Origin: an uncultured Verrucomicrobiae bacterium
GTDB taxonomy: Bacteria > Verrucomicrobiota > Verrucomicrobiia > Chthoniobacterales > UBA10450
Direction: 5' to 3'
Assembly: GCA_963772365.1 (NCBI GenBank)
Contig: CAVYXA010000006.1
Span: 61,054 to 125,053 of the forward strand
Length of the DNA stretch: 64,000 nt
The first letter of the stretch is position 1; every line of letters begins with the position of its first letter. Positions 51,688-61,675 of the stretch are shown piece after piece. The notes under the pieces are model-generated. The model was not told the DNA's origin. It was given only the letters and a program-made list of their open reading frames with translations, and made no database searches. Both the position numbers and the translations under genes were made by a program.

Positions 51688-52085
51688 ATGGAAACGGCCA
51701 CTCAGCTCGCAGTGTTTCTCAGTAATCGTCCCGGCGCGCTGGCCCGCGTGTGCGACTCGCTGGGCGATGCTGGGATCAACATTCACGCGCTCACGATCTC
51801 CGATTCGGTCGATCATTCGGTTGTGCGAATGGTGGTGAGCGATCCGACGAAGGCACTCATGCTTTTGGGCGAGCGCGGGCGTGCTGGCGATGGAAAATGA
51901 AGTTCTATTGATCGACACGGCTAACAGCCGGGAGTGCTGGCAAGAATCGCCGACCGCCTGGCCAGAGTTGAAGATCAACATCGAATACGCCTACACCGCC
52001 ACGGCCGAGAGGTCACCGCGAAGGCCTCATCGTCCTGCGGCCATCCGATGTCGAGCAAGCGCGCCAGGCGCTGAAGGAACTTTAG
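51688..52085 (+). CDS. Tandem ACT domain protein, frameshifted
   Basis: QLAVFLSNRPGALARV...GINIHAL; second half INIEYAY. Confidence 0.75.
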
Positions 52086-52149
52086 CAATATCCCGATTGA
52101 TTTCTCGGCGCATTCTTGGAACAAGATGCGGAGGCAGACCGAAATTGTC

Positions 52150-54072
52150 CTAACGAGTGAGCAGTTTTGATTTTATCTGATCGGGCAACGGGGAGGCGCT
52201 GATCCACGCTCTTGCGCTGCCGGGGTCATTCTTGAGCCAGCTGCCAACGATCGTTTCCAGTTGGCTATCGCGAACCGATTCGTTACCGATGGAGACTGCC
52301 CACTGCGCCGCCGTTTGCGGATCACTTCCCGCAATACGGCTAACAAAACTGCTTACCGCCATATCTCGCGACGTCCCGGATGGTAAACTGCCGAGCCACG
52401 TCGCCGCTGCTGCCGGATCGGTTTGCGACCAGCGATTGATCAAAGTTTGAAACGCCTGCTCGCGAGCCCGGCCCTCAGGAAGTGCTTGCGCCCAACGTCC
52501 CGCGTCTTGTGGACTCTGTGCGCTCCACTGCGACATGATCGATCCCGCCGCTTCCGCCCTCGCCTCCTCGGATGAAATTTGCGCTATCAATCCCGCCGCT
52601 CTTGTCGGATCGCTTTTCGCCATGGCTTCAATGATCCCGGGGAGCGCGATATCGCGCGTGCTGTTGTTCAAATTCTGCGTCCATTGCAGGGCCCCATTCG
52701 GATCAACACTTGCCCATTGGCGGGTAATTCTCTGGAGCAGATCGTTGCTCTGCTCACCACTGGATTGTTGCAATACGAAATCGGCAGCAGCTCGCGGTTC
52801 GCTGGCAGCCCAGACAGAAACGATCGTGTTGAGCGCATTTTGCCGAGCCGGACTCTGCGGAAGCTTTTGTACCCAGGAAATGGCGCTTTGTGCATCCGTG
52901 AGCGCCATTCGCGCAGCGATCGCCTGAATCGATTCATCCTGCGTCTTCCCCGGCGGCAGAGTTTGCACATATTCAGCCGCCGCGTTGGGATCCGACTGGG
53001 CCCACACTTGTATAATTGCGCGCATGGCGTTCGCTCCGGATTCGGTAGGCAAACCCTGTGCCCAGGCTAGCGCGGCATGCGGATCGGAGCTTGCCCATTC
53101 CCGACCAATACTGGCAATCGCCTGATCGCGCATCGGCCCGCTACGCAATGTGTCGACACTCGCGGCAGCGCTTAGTGGATCTTTTCTCGCCCAATTGGCG
53201 AACACACTCATCAAGACTGAGTCCCGGCTTTGCCCGGGCGGGAGATTGTTTGCCCATGCAAAAGCTCCTTCCGGATCCTGAGATGCCCATGCATACCCAA
53301 TCGCCTGAAAGGCGCGGTCTCGACTCATGCCAGCTGGCATTTGCGCCGCTGCTTCCGCCGCGGCGGCTGGATCATTTGACGCCCAACGACTGAAGATTGG
53401 AAAGTAAAGACTTTCCCGGCTTTGGCTTGGTGGAAGAGACTGCAACAGGGTCAGGGCGGATTGCGGATTTTGCTCTGCCATTTCTGCGACCAGACTTTGC
53501 ATCACCTGGTCGCGTTCTGGACCGGGCGGTAACTGCATGACCCAATTCGTCGCGCCGGCCATGTCGTATTGGGCCCAGCCACTCACTGCGTTCATTAGCT
53601 CAGAATTACGATAGATCTTACCAGACTTGTTCTGGGCGTATTCAACCGCGGCCCGCGGGTCGAACTCTGCCCAGCGCCCGATCAACAACGGAAGCACTGT
53701 GTTTTTTTCCTGCGGTTTTGAGAGAGATTCAGCGAACGCGACGACATCGCGCACATTGTTTGCGTCGACCAGGTCAATCCATTTGGCGAGCTCGACATAA
53801 GTGCGCCGGTTTCCCCAACTCGACAATGCATGCTGCAAACCTGCGATGATCTCCTGGCTAGACGTGGTCTTGCTCGTCGATGAAACGGCTGCCGCTTTCG
53901 ATGTTGCGCGCTGCGAGGCGATCGGTGTCGCTACTGGGATTGGTTCATGCGATTTGGGATGAACTTCCGCTTTCACCACCGGCCTGGACTGCGGCAGCAA
54001 ATAATGCCCAAACGCAATGCCAATCACGAATGCAGCCAGCCCAACAATGATTACCCAGACAAACTGTTTCAT
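52150..54072 (-). CDS. Membrane-anchored helical-repeat protein (W..xDPxAAxxW..xLP repeats)
   Basis: N-terminal TM helix followed by more than ten repeats of about 33 aa. Confidence 0.75.
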   Translation of the reverse strand: MKQFVWVIIVGLAAFVIGIAFGHYLLPQSRPVVKAEVHPKSHEPIPVATPIASQRATSKAAAVSSTSKTTSSQEIIAGLQHALSSWGNRRTYVELAKWIDLVDANNVRDVVAFAESLSKPQEKNTVLPLLIGRWAEFDPRAAVEYAQNKSGKIYRNSELMNAVSGWAQYDMAGATNWVMQLPPGPERDQVMQSLVAEMAEQNPQSALTLLQSLPPSQSRESLYFPIFSRWASNDPAAAAEAAAQMPAGMSRDRAFQAIGYAWASQDPEGAFAWANNLPPGQSRDSVLMSVFANWARKDPLSAAASVDTLRSGPMRDQAIASIGREWASSDPHAALAWAQGLPTESGANAMRAIIQVWAQSDPNAAAEYVQTLPPGKTQDESIQAIAARMALTDAQSAISWVQKLPQSPARQNALNTIVSVWAASEPRAAADFVLQQSSGEQSNDLLQRITRQWASVDPNGALQWTQNLNNSTRDIALPGIIEAMAKSDPTRAAGLIAQISSEEARAEAAGSIMSQWSAQSPQDAGRWAQALPEGRAREQAFQTLINRWSQTDPAAAATWLGSLPSGTSRDMAVSSFVSRIAGSDPQTAAQWAVSIGNESVRDSQLETIVGSWLKNDPGSARAWISASPLPDQIKSKLLTR

Positions 54073-54074
54073 TT

Positions 54075-56057
54075 TCAGATCACTTTGACCGGGCAATCCG
54101 GCAACGCGCTCAAAAATGCGCGACCGTAAGGTTTGGTAATGATGCGATTGTCGAGGATCACGATGATCCCGCTATCGCTTTTTGTCCGAATCAATCGTCC
54201 CACGCCCTGCCGCAGCTTCAGGATCGCCTCCGGCAGGGAGTATTCAATGAACGGATCGCCGCCGCGCACCTCGATAAGTTCCAGCTTCGCCTCGATCAGT
54301 GGATGGTCCGGCACCGCAAAAGGCAGGCGAGTGATAATCACATTAGACAACGCTTCGCCCGGCACATCGACGCCCATCCAGAAACTGTCGGTGCCAAAGA
54401 GGACACTCCGCGGCACCGTCTTGAATTGCTCCAGCAATAGGCCGCGCGGCGTGCCTTCGCCTTGGACGAGCAGTTTGAATCTTTTCTCTGAAAAGAAATC
54501 GCGCATTTGCCCGGACACCTGCTGCATCCCGCGATAACTGGTGAATAGAACAAACGCGCGCCCTTCGGTTTCCTCTACAAAATGCGCAATCCAGTGCTCG
54601 AGCGCTTCTTCATAAGTGACGTCGCGCGGGTCCGGCATTTTTTTCACGATGAAGATTTTCATCTGTTTTCGAAAATCGAACGGACTGCCGAGAAGCATCG
54701 CCTGCGCTTCATCGGCCCCGATTCGATTTCGAAAATAACCAAGGTTCGACTGCCCGACCGCCAGGGTCGCGCTGGTCATGATGCAGGAACAATTTTCCCG
54801 AAAGAGCATCCGGCGCAGCACAGGCGCGATGTCGATGGGGGCGGCGTTGAGGGTGAGAAACTGCGCTGTCTTTCCGGTCCGCTCGACCCAGTAAACGTGT
54901 TCGCGGGCGCTTTGCTCCAGAAAAACTGAAATGCCGACCCGGGCATCGCGAATGCGCCGGCCGTATTCCTGCAACTCCGCTTTCAGGAATTCGTCATTGG
55001 CGCGTTTCACCACATCGGCGATGCGCGCCTGCAACGCCGTTAAGCGGCCTGTGATCGTATCGGGAACAAGATCGACATCGCGAATGCGAAACTCGCGGCC
55101 TTTGCGAAAATCTGATTTCGATTCAACCGCCGCGAAGAATTTTTCAGCATCATCGACAAGCTCGGCCGCGAGCCGCACGCCTTCGGCGTCGCGCAAAACT
55201 GTGAACAACCCTTTTTTCGTCCGGGCATTGTAGAGCCGCTGGATTGTCGATCTTAATCCGTATTGGGAAATCCCGATCCCGATTTGGCGCGTGGCGACTT
55301 GCTCGACCGTGTGGGCCTCATCCAGGATTAGGAAATCATTTGGAAACAGAAAACCGCTCTCGCGATCTTCCTGTTCGTCCGGACCGCCCAGAAGCATGAA
55401 CAACAACGTGTGATTGATGACAAGCACGTCCGCCGCGAGCAAACGTTTCCGGGCTTGTTGATAGAAACAGCGCGGATCCTGTCCGCACGTTTTCGTCGTG
55501 CAGATGTGCGGCTCGCTGCAAACTTGTGCCCAGACTTTCGGATCGGGTTCGACGGCTAGATCGCTCAACGTTCCGTCGCGAGTGGTTCCGGCCCATTCCG
55601 CCAGCCGGTTCAGTTCGTTTTGTTCCGGACCGGTAAACAGTTCGTTCGCCTGCTGAATCGCGCGTTGCAACCGGCGCGGACAAATATAATTTTGGCGTCC
55701 TTTCACCAGGGCAGCATCGAACTCGACAGGCAAAATCTTTTTCAATATCGGGATGTCTTTGTTCAGGAGTTGTTCCTGAAGATTGATGGTGTGCGTGGAA
55801 ATGATCGCTTTCTTCTTTTGCTCGATGGCAAAAAGAACCGCCGGCACCAGATAAGCGAGCGATTTCCCCACTCCCGTGCCCGCTTCCACCACCAGATGTC
55901 GATCTTCCTGCAAGGCCCGGGCCACCGCCACCGCCATCTCTTGCTGCTGCGGCCGATATTCAAAATTCTTCGCCTTGGACAACGGTCCGTCCTCGGAGAA
56001 AAACCCACGAATACGTTCCACAAACTCGCTCTCCAACATGTCTTTGAGCGCGATCAT
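54075..56057 (-). CDS. DinG/YoaA family ATP-dependent DNA helicase
   Basis: EAGTGVGKS, KGRQNYIC, Fe-S cysteines, DEAH, TSATL, GVDVPG, QGVGRLIR. Confidence 0.92.
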   Translation of the reverse strand: MIALKDMLESEFVERIRGFFSEDGPLSKAKNFEYRPQQQEMAVAVARALQEDRHLVVEAGTGVGKSLAYLVPAVLFAIEQKKKAIISTHTINLQEQLLNKDIPILKKILPVEFDAALVKGRQNYICPRRLQRAIQQANELFTGPEQNELNRLAEWAGTTRDGTLSDLAVEPDPKVWAQVCSEPHICTTKTCGQDPRCFYQQARKRLLAADVLVINHTLLFMLLGGPDEQEDRESGFLFPNDFLILDEAHTVEQVATRQIGIGISQYGLRSTIQRLYNARTKKGLFTVLRDAEGVRLAAELVDDAEKFFAAVESKSDFRKGREFRIRDVDLVPDTITGRLTALQARIADVVKRANDEFLKAELQEYGRRIRDARVGISVFLEQSAREHVYWVERTGKTAQFLTLNAAPIDIAPVLRRMLFRENCSCIMTSATLAVGQSNLGYFRNRIGADEAQAMLLGSPFDFRKQMKIFIVKKMPDPRDVTYEEALEHWIAHFVEETEGRAFVLFTSYRGMQQVSGQMRDFFSEKRFKLLVQGEGTPRGLLLEQFKTVPRSVLFGTDSFWMGVDVPGEALSNVIITRLPFAVPDHPLIEAKLELIEVRGGDPFIEYSLPEAILKLRQGVGRLIRTKSDSGIIVILDNRIITKPYGRAFLSALPDCPVKVI

Positions 56058-56120
56058 GATGACCGTTAACGCTGCCCGAGATTATCCCGATTGTCCAAGC
56101 GTCAAATAACTTCGCCTCCC

Positions 56121-56301
56121 TGTCATCCTGAGCGCAGTCGAAGGATCTCAAATCATTTCTTGCGAAGACCCGCGACGAAAGCTCCAAGCACTGGCTCCGG
56201 AGAAATCTCAATCACCCAACCTACAATAGCTCTACTATCGCAAAGATTGGAGATTGAATGTTGGAGTTTTTTTGGATGTTGAAGCTTGGAATTCGGAGCT
56301 T
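56121..56301. repeat. Half family A palindrome followed by a degenerate 7-nt-periodic inverted repeat
   Basis: tgtcatcctgagcgcagtcgaaggatctc; aagctccaagc...tcaatcacccaa / ttggagattgaatgttggag...ttggaattcggagctt. Confidence 0.6.
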
Positions 56302-56306
56302 CGCGG

Positions 56307-56513
56307 TTACAGATGCGCCTCGGCTTTGTGTTGGCCCACCCGATTATGACCGGCGATTATATCAGCACGACGCCGGGCGAGTTCCGCCAATTCCTCAACC
56401 GTTTGACGTAATTCTGGAACCGAGAAAAGCTCATCGAGCAAATAAGCAGTCATCCATTTGCGCTCCTCCGGGCTGCGCCGGTCGATGATGTTTTTCAACT
56501 CTGCCGTGCTCAT
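56307..56513 (-). CDS. Small addiction-module (antitoxin-like) protein
   Basis: MSTAELKNIIDRRSPEER...ELAELARRRAD pattern; no partner toxin seen. Confidence 0.45.
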   Translation of the reverse strand: MSTAELKNIIDRRSPEERKWMTAYLLDELFSVPELRQTVEELAELARRRADIIAGHNRVGQHKAEAHL

Positions 56514-56525
56514 CGTGCTATGATG

Positions 56526-56657
56526 CTACACCCAGTCCGGCGAAGCAACCGGCCGGTACTCGAAATTCTTCGCCTTGGACAGCGGTCTGTTCTCGGCAAA
56601 AAACGTCCGGATCCGTTCCACAAACTCGGTCTCCAACATGTCTTTGAGCGCGATCAT
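56526..56657 (-). pseudogene. Truncated dinG N-terminus
   Basis: MIALKDMLETEFVERIRTFFAENRPLSKAKNFEYRP then unrelated sequence and a stop. Confidence 0.8.
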
Positions 56658-56998
56658 GATGAGAGTTAACGCTGCCCGAGAATGACACGCTTGTCCAAAT
56701 CGCGGACGCAGAAAATAAACTGCTGCCCGCGAATTACGCGGATGACGCGAATAATTGGAACATAGATTTTCAATCTGTGAGCCCAGCCGGAGTTTGTAAT
56801 CCGCTGAATCAGCAAACGTCGGCGCTGATTCATGGCGTGAGAGAATGCGGACTGCCGAACGTTTGGTTGCCTCCGTCGAGCGGTTCTGATAAACAATATC
56901 CGATGCCTTCGTCTTACCGAGCATTCCTCCCAAGCAGAGCCCGAAATAGGCGAAACATGTTTTCGTCGAACCTTAGTTAGGTCCTTACCATGGGCTGG

Positions 56999-57100
56999 CT
57001 ACTCTTCTGGTTCATCCCCAAAAATCTTTTCCCGGCGATTCCCCCGCGCCATCACGTGATAGAAAGCACCGGGAGACTCGATTCCAATACTGCGCCCCAC
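56999..57100 (-). pseudogene. N-terminal stub of a REP-associated tyrosine (Y1) transposase
   Basis: GGAGG RBS then GTG: MGRSIGIESPGAFYHVMARGNRREKIFGDEPEE*; too short for the ORF track. Confidence 0.75.
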
Positions 57101-57140
57101 TCGCCTCCCTACTACCCTAACTCTATCCTGTCAAGAATTG

Positions 57141-57287
57141 ATGCCTGACCCCTATTCCTATTCCCTATTCCTATTCCCGCTGCTTGATGTCGATGCTGAC
57201 GGTAAGATATGCGGGATCACGGTTGAGCATGCGCAGAGGAGAGTGGAGGACATTCCACACGTCTCCTTCGAACAAGTCGCCGTCTAA
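57141..57287 (+). pseudogene. DUF2283-like C-terminal fragment fused to a CCTATT repeat
   Basis: ...LLDVDADGKICGITVEHAQRRVEDIPHVSFEQVAV*. Confidence 0.5.
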
Positions 57288-57437
57288 CAAGGCCTGCTGG
57301 TCCGAGGGTCACTCCGAGGTCGTAAACTTTTGACATTCGCGGCCAGCATCACATGGCGCCAAATCTTTTTCCTGAAATGCAGGACGGTGATCTTGTGTAT
57401 CGTGGACCGATTCAAACACACTAGGAATTGATAGCGT

Positions 57438-58241
57438 ATGAGCGAAGACCCAATTGCCAAATTCAAAGAAGCGCAACGACAAGGCTGGAAACATTTCGCG
57501 CCGCTGGAGGCGCTGACCACGCCCGCAGCGGCGCGTTTGGTGAAATTCGCGAAGGTCCGGGCCGGACAGGATGTGCTCGATGTCGCTTGCGGCACGGGCG
57601 TGGTCGCGATCACCGCCGCGCGGATCGGCGCACGCGTACGTGCGATCGATCTGACCCCGGAGTTGCTCGAGCGAGCGCGCGACAATGCGCGCTTCGCCAA
57701 AGCGGAAATCGATTTCAAGCAAGGCGACGCAGAGGCGTTACCGTTCGATGATGACGTCTTCGACGTGGTGCTGAGTCAATTCGGCCACATGTTCGCGCCG
57801 CGGCCGGATGTTGCCATTGCCGAAATGCTGCGGGTGCTGAAGCCTAGCGGCACGATCGCGTTTGCAACCTGGCCGCCGGAATTGTTGATCGGCAGCACTT
57901 TTAGATTGGTCGCGACTTATATGCCGCCACCGCCGCCGGGGGTGCCGCCGCCGCCGCAATGGGGCGATGTCGCGATCGTGCGGGAGCGGCTCGGCTCCGC
58001 GGTGAAAGATGTCGTGTTCGACCGCGCCTGCATGCTGGTTCCGGCGTTGAGCGTGCCAGGTTATCGCGACCACATCGAGCGCACCGCTGGTCCAATGTTG
58101 AAACTGGTCGAGTCGTTAAGCGCGTCCGACCCGTCGCGGCTGGCGCAGTTTCGCCGCGAATACGACGCGTTGGTCGCACCCTATTTCGAGGATAACATCG
58201 TCCGGCAGGATTATCTGCTCACGCGGGCGAGGAAAGGATGA
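57438..58241 (+). CDS. Class I SAM-dependent methyltransferase
   Basis: VLDVACGTG, GDAEALPF, FDVVLSQFGHMFAPRP. Confidence 0.88.
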   Translation: MSEDPIAKFKEAQRQGWKHFAPLEALTTPAAARLVKFAKVRAGQDVLDVACGTGVVAITAARIGARVRAIDLTPELLERARDNARFAKAEIDFKQGDAEALPFDDDVFDVVLSQFGHMFAPRPDVAIAEMLRVLKPSGTIAFATWPPELLIGSTFRLVATYMPPPPPGVPPPPQWGDVAIVRERLGSAVKDVVFDRACMLVPALSVPGYRDHIERTAGPMLKLVESLSASDPSRLAQFRREYDALVAPYFEDNIVRQDYLLTRARKG

Positions 58242-58317
58242 CGGAGGAGGGATGAAGGGTGAGGAATGGGGCAACACGCCTAACCTTTTTAGCTTCGCGT
58301 AACAGGAACGCTCTACT

Positions 58318-58515
58318 ATGCTACGACCCAAACCGTTTCGTCCTTTTGAAACGGGAATTCTATGGGTATTGGCTGTGGTGCTCGTCGGGGCTGCGATTGT
58401 TGGTGTGGCTTTGGCTATATATCTCCGGGAGTGGCGGCTTCTGTTTGCCAGCGCAGGCATCGGCGGTCTCGCTGCCGTTTATATTTGTGCTGTCCGGCGT
58501 GGCAGGCCGCTGTGA
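58318..58515 (+). CDS. Small two-TM membrane protein
   Basis: 65 aa with two hydrophobic helices. Confidence 0.5.
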   Translation: MLRPKPFRPFETGILWVLAVVLVGAAIVGVALAIYLREWRLLFASAGIGGLAAVYICAVRRGRPL

Positions 58516-58726
58516 GCAAGGATGAAGGATAAGGGATGAAATCAGCGAGCTCTCCAAACGAAATGATATTCCTTGAGCAGGACGATAGTGTTGCTCGGTT
58601 CACTCTAAAGGCGAATGATTTGAGATCCTTCTCCGGCGGCTTCCGGATCAGGATGACAAGGTGAAGGCCCGTCAGCCACGGAAATGCGTTGCAATCGCGA
58701 ATCGAAATTCGAAATTCGAAGATCCA

Positions 58727-59867
58727 ATGAGGCTGCTGGATCGTTATGTCGTTCGAAATTTTCTGCAGGTTTACTTTTACTGCATTGCCGGCTTCATCTC
58801 GATCTGGCTCATCTTCGATATCAGCGACAACATCTCGACTTTCCTTGATGAAAATGTCGGCCTTCGAGTTGCCGTGAATTATTATCTGACCCAGCTGCCG
58901 GAAGTTCTGATTATTTTGCTGCCAGTGGCTCTTCTGCTCGCGTTGCTCTTTTCGCTGGGGCGGATGTCGCGGGCGAACGAAGTCGTATCGATGCTCACCG
59001 CCGGCGTGAGCTTGCCCCGGGTCCTGCTGCCGCTGATCGTGATCGGGTTTCTAACCGCAGGAGGAACGCTGGCGTTGAATTATTCGCTCGCGCCGCACGC
59101 CGAGCTCGCGCGCAAAACATTGATCGATGAAGCTCGATCCAAGCCCGAAAGCATTGTTCACGGCCAGATCTTTCGTAACCGCTCGGATGCGCGAACATGG
59201 TTCATTCAAAATTTTCGGACCGGCGAGAACACGTTCAATAACGTGCAGGTCCTTCAACAGGACGCGCACAATAACATCACCACGAATTATGTCGCTGCCC
59301 GCGCCATCTATCGGCCGGCAACAAAGATCTGGGAATTAGAAGGAGTGAAAATCGTCCACTATGATCGCACGGGGAATATTGTTTCCGAGGAGATTGAACC
59401 CTCGTTGAAAATCAGCCACTGGAGCGAGACGCCGTTTCGTCTCGATAGCGCTAATGCCCGAGCGGAATATCTCGGCGTTCCCGAATTGCGCGAATATCTG
59501 ACGATGAACGCTGATTTTCCTTCCACTTTGCTCGCTCCGTTTCGGACGCATCTGGAATACCGGTTTGCATTGCCTTGGACATGCCTTGTAGTGGTTTGCA
59601 TCGCGGCACCGCTTGGGATCGGTTACTCGCGGCGAGGCATTCTATCAAGCGTGGCCGCAGCGGTCATTCTGGTGTTCGCCATGAATTTCCTCACCCATTT
59701 TTTTCTCGCGCTCGGCGAAGGCGATCGCATCTCGCCATGGATCGCCAGCCTGGACGCCCAATCTCACCTTCGCCGCGATCGGTCTTTATTTGCTTTATCT
59801 GCGCGCTTCCAATCGTGAGGCGCCCGGCTTTCATCTTTTTGCGACGCGGCGTATCGTTACCCGATGA
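58727..59867 (+). CDS. LptF/LptG family LPS export permease (frameshift near 59750)
   Basis: MRLLDRYV, RMSRANEVVSMLTAGVS, APLG...RRG, shifted-frame WTPNL. Confidence 0.85.
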
Positions 59868-59874
59868 ATTCCTT

Positions 59875-59982
59875 GGAACATAGGGCTCTGGCCTGTGTGG
59901 CCAGCGGGGATTTTCCCCGCTGCCCTTGCCCCTTCAGCGGAGTGAAACTCCGCTGGGCGCACAGACTACAAGTCTATGTTCC
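59875..59982. repeat. GGAACATAG...CTATGTTCC palindrome (half copy at 56757-56810)
   Basis: Terminal 9-bp inverted repeat enclosing two internal cagcgg..ccgctg hairpins. Confidence 0.75.
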
Positions 59983-60009
59983 GACGCGTCGCGCACGGTA
60001 TAGTGCCCG

Positions 60010-60510
60010 ATGAATCCATTGCCGAACGAATGGGCCATAACGCATCGGGCGGATGCCTGCGCTGTCACGCATCGGCCTTTTGAACCGGGCGAATATTTTT
60101 ACACCCTCCTGTTTCACGATGCCGGCGGTTACCGCCGCGAGGATTTGTCAGAGGAAGCGTGGCGGAATCGGAACGACAACATTCAACCGTTCTCCTTTTG
60201 GAAAACGCGCTACGAACCATTGCCAGAACCGACCGAGCCATTGCCCAAGGAAAATGCCGAACAACTCTTCCGTCGGCTCATCGCTGCCGAAAATTCGTCG
60301 GCTAATGCCTGTTATGTGCTGGCGGCGATGCTCGAACGCAAACGCGTGCTAAAACAGATCAAGGCGGAACAAACGGATAAAGGCCGGGTATTGATATACG
60401 AACAGGGCGCGACCGGCGACGTGTTCATCGTGCCGGACCCGGGCTTGCGTCTCGACGAACTGGAACACGTGCAAAACGAAGTCGCGCAATTGCTCCGCAG
60501 CGCCGCGTAA
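60010..60510 (+). CDS. Conserved hypothetical protein
   Basis: YRREDLSEEAW, FSFWKTRY, YVLAAMLERKRVLK, FIVPDPGL. Confidence 0.7.
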   Translation: MNPLPNEWAITHRADACAVTHRPFEPGEYFYTLLFHDAGGYRREDLSEEAWRNRNDNIQPFSFWKTRYEPLPEPTEPLPKENAEQLFRRLIAAENSSANACYVLAAMLERKRVLKQIKAEQTDKGRVLIYEQGATGDVFIVPDPGLRLDELEHVQNEVAQLLRSAA

Positions 60511-60610
60511 CGACTTTGGGCTGTAGCGTGCGCTGTCCTCAGCGCATTCAGGCTCAGATGCCCAGGTGACTGCGTCGAAGAATGCGACAAGGGCGATCCT
60601 GTGAGAGAAT

Positions 60611-61675
60611 ATGGCCGTGAATCCCTGTTTGCCTTGGTTTGATAACGACGCTCATAGAGCGCCGCGACAGCAGCGTGTCTTCCCGCTTTTTCTCGCGCCC
60701 ATGGCCGGGGTGTCGGACAAGATTTTTCGTCAACTTTGCAAGGAATATGGCGCGGATATTCTGACCACCGAGTTTGTTTCGGCGGAGGGAATTTTTCGAC
60801 GCAATCAACGCACGCGTGAATATCTCGAGTTCGATGAGATTGAGCGGCCGATCGGTGTCCAGCTTTTCGGCGCGGACGCCAATCACATGGCCGAAGCGGC
60901 GCGACAGGTGGTCGATTGGGTCCGGCCTGATTTCGTTGATCTCAATTTCGGTTGCCCGGTCAATAAAGTCGTTTGCAAAAACGGCGGCTCGGCTTTGTTG
61001 AAAGATTGCCCGACGTTGGCGCGGGTGGCGGATTCAGTCGTTCGGGCAATAACGCCAGTTCCGGTGACGGCGAAGATTCGAATCGGCTGGGATGCGAACT
61101 CAATCAACGCCGTGGCCGTCGCCAAGATTCTTGCTGATAACGGAATCATGGCAATCACCGTGCATGGTCGCACGCGCGCACAAGGTTACTCAGGCGAGGC
61201 TGACTGGAATGCGATTGGGCAGGTTGCCGACGCGGTTTCGATTCCGGTGATTGGCAATGGCGATCTCTTTAGTCCCGGCGTGATTGCGAAGCGCCGACGC
61301 GAAACTGGAATCGCCGGGGCAATGATCGGGCGCGCGGCGATGAGCGCGCCGTGGATTTTTCGGCAAACGAAACATTATCTGTCTACAGGCGAGGTTATCG
61401 ACCAGCCCGAATTATCCGAACGATGGGGGTTGATTTTGCGGCACTGCAAACTGGCGGTAATCGAATGGGGCGATGAAGAACTGGCAATTCGATCGATGCG
61501 ATCGCGTTTGATGGCTTACTCGAAGTCGATGCCGGAAGCGAAACGATTGCGGGAAAAATTCGCGCACGTCTCATCCTTTACGGAAATTAAAAAAATCTCG
61601 GAGGAAAATATTTTGAATCAAGAAAGCAGGAAGGCAGGAAACGATCTGGAACTTCCTGCTTTCCTGGTTTCCTGA
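60611..61675 (+). CDS. dusB: tRNA-dihydrouridine synthase
   Basis: LAPMAGVSD, DLNFGCPVNKV, TAKIRIGWD, VHGRTR, IGNGD, MIGR. Confidence 0.92.
   Translation: MAVNPCLPWFDNDAHRAPRQQRVFPLFLAPMAGVSDKIFRQLCKEYGADILTTEFVSAEGIFRRNQRTREYLEFDEIERPIGVQLFGADANHMAEAARQVVDWVRPDFVDLNFGCPVNKVVCKNGGSALLKDCPTLARVADSVVRAITPVPVTAKIRIGWDANSINAVAVAKILADNGIMAITVHGRTRAQGYSGEADWNAIGQVADAVSIPVIGNGDLFSPGVIAKRRRETGIAGAMIGRAAMSAPWIFRQTKHYLSTGEVIDQPELSERWGLILRHCKLAVIEWGDEELAIRSMRSRLMAYSKSMPEAKRLREKFAHVSSFTEIKKISEENILNQESRKAGNDLELPAFLVS

Larger units (their letters stand above)
55950..56698. repeat. Direct repeat of about 149 bp (dinG 5' end plus upstream), copies 55950-56098 and 56550-56698
   Basis: Ungapped alignment at an offset of exactly 600 with about 21 mismatches by eye. 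Confidence 0.9.

Noticed and set aside
49033..52085. Cluster of three apparently pseudogenised genes
   Set aside because: The damage I traced is frameshifting indels, and similar indels hit putA, treY and lptF/G, so low-coverage long-read error is more likely; needs read mapping
55950..56698. Diversity-generating retroelement TR/VR pair
   Set aside because: Mismatches are not adenine-specific, the repeat is at a gene 5' end and there is no reverse transcriptase
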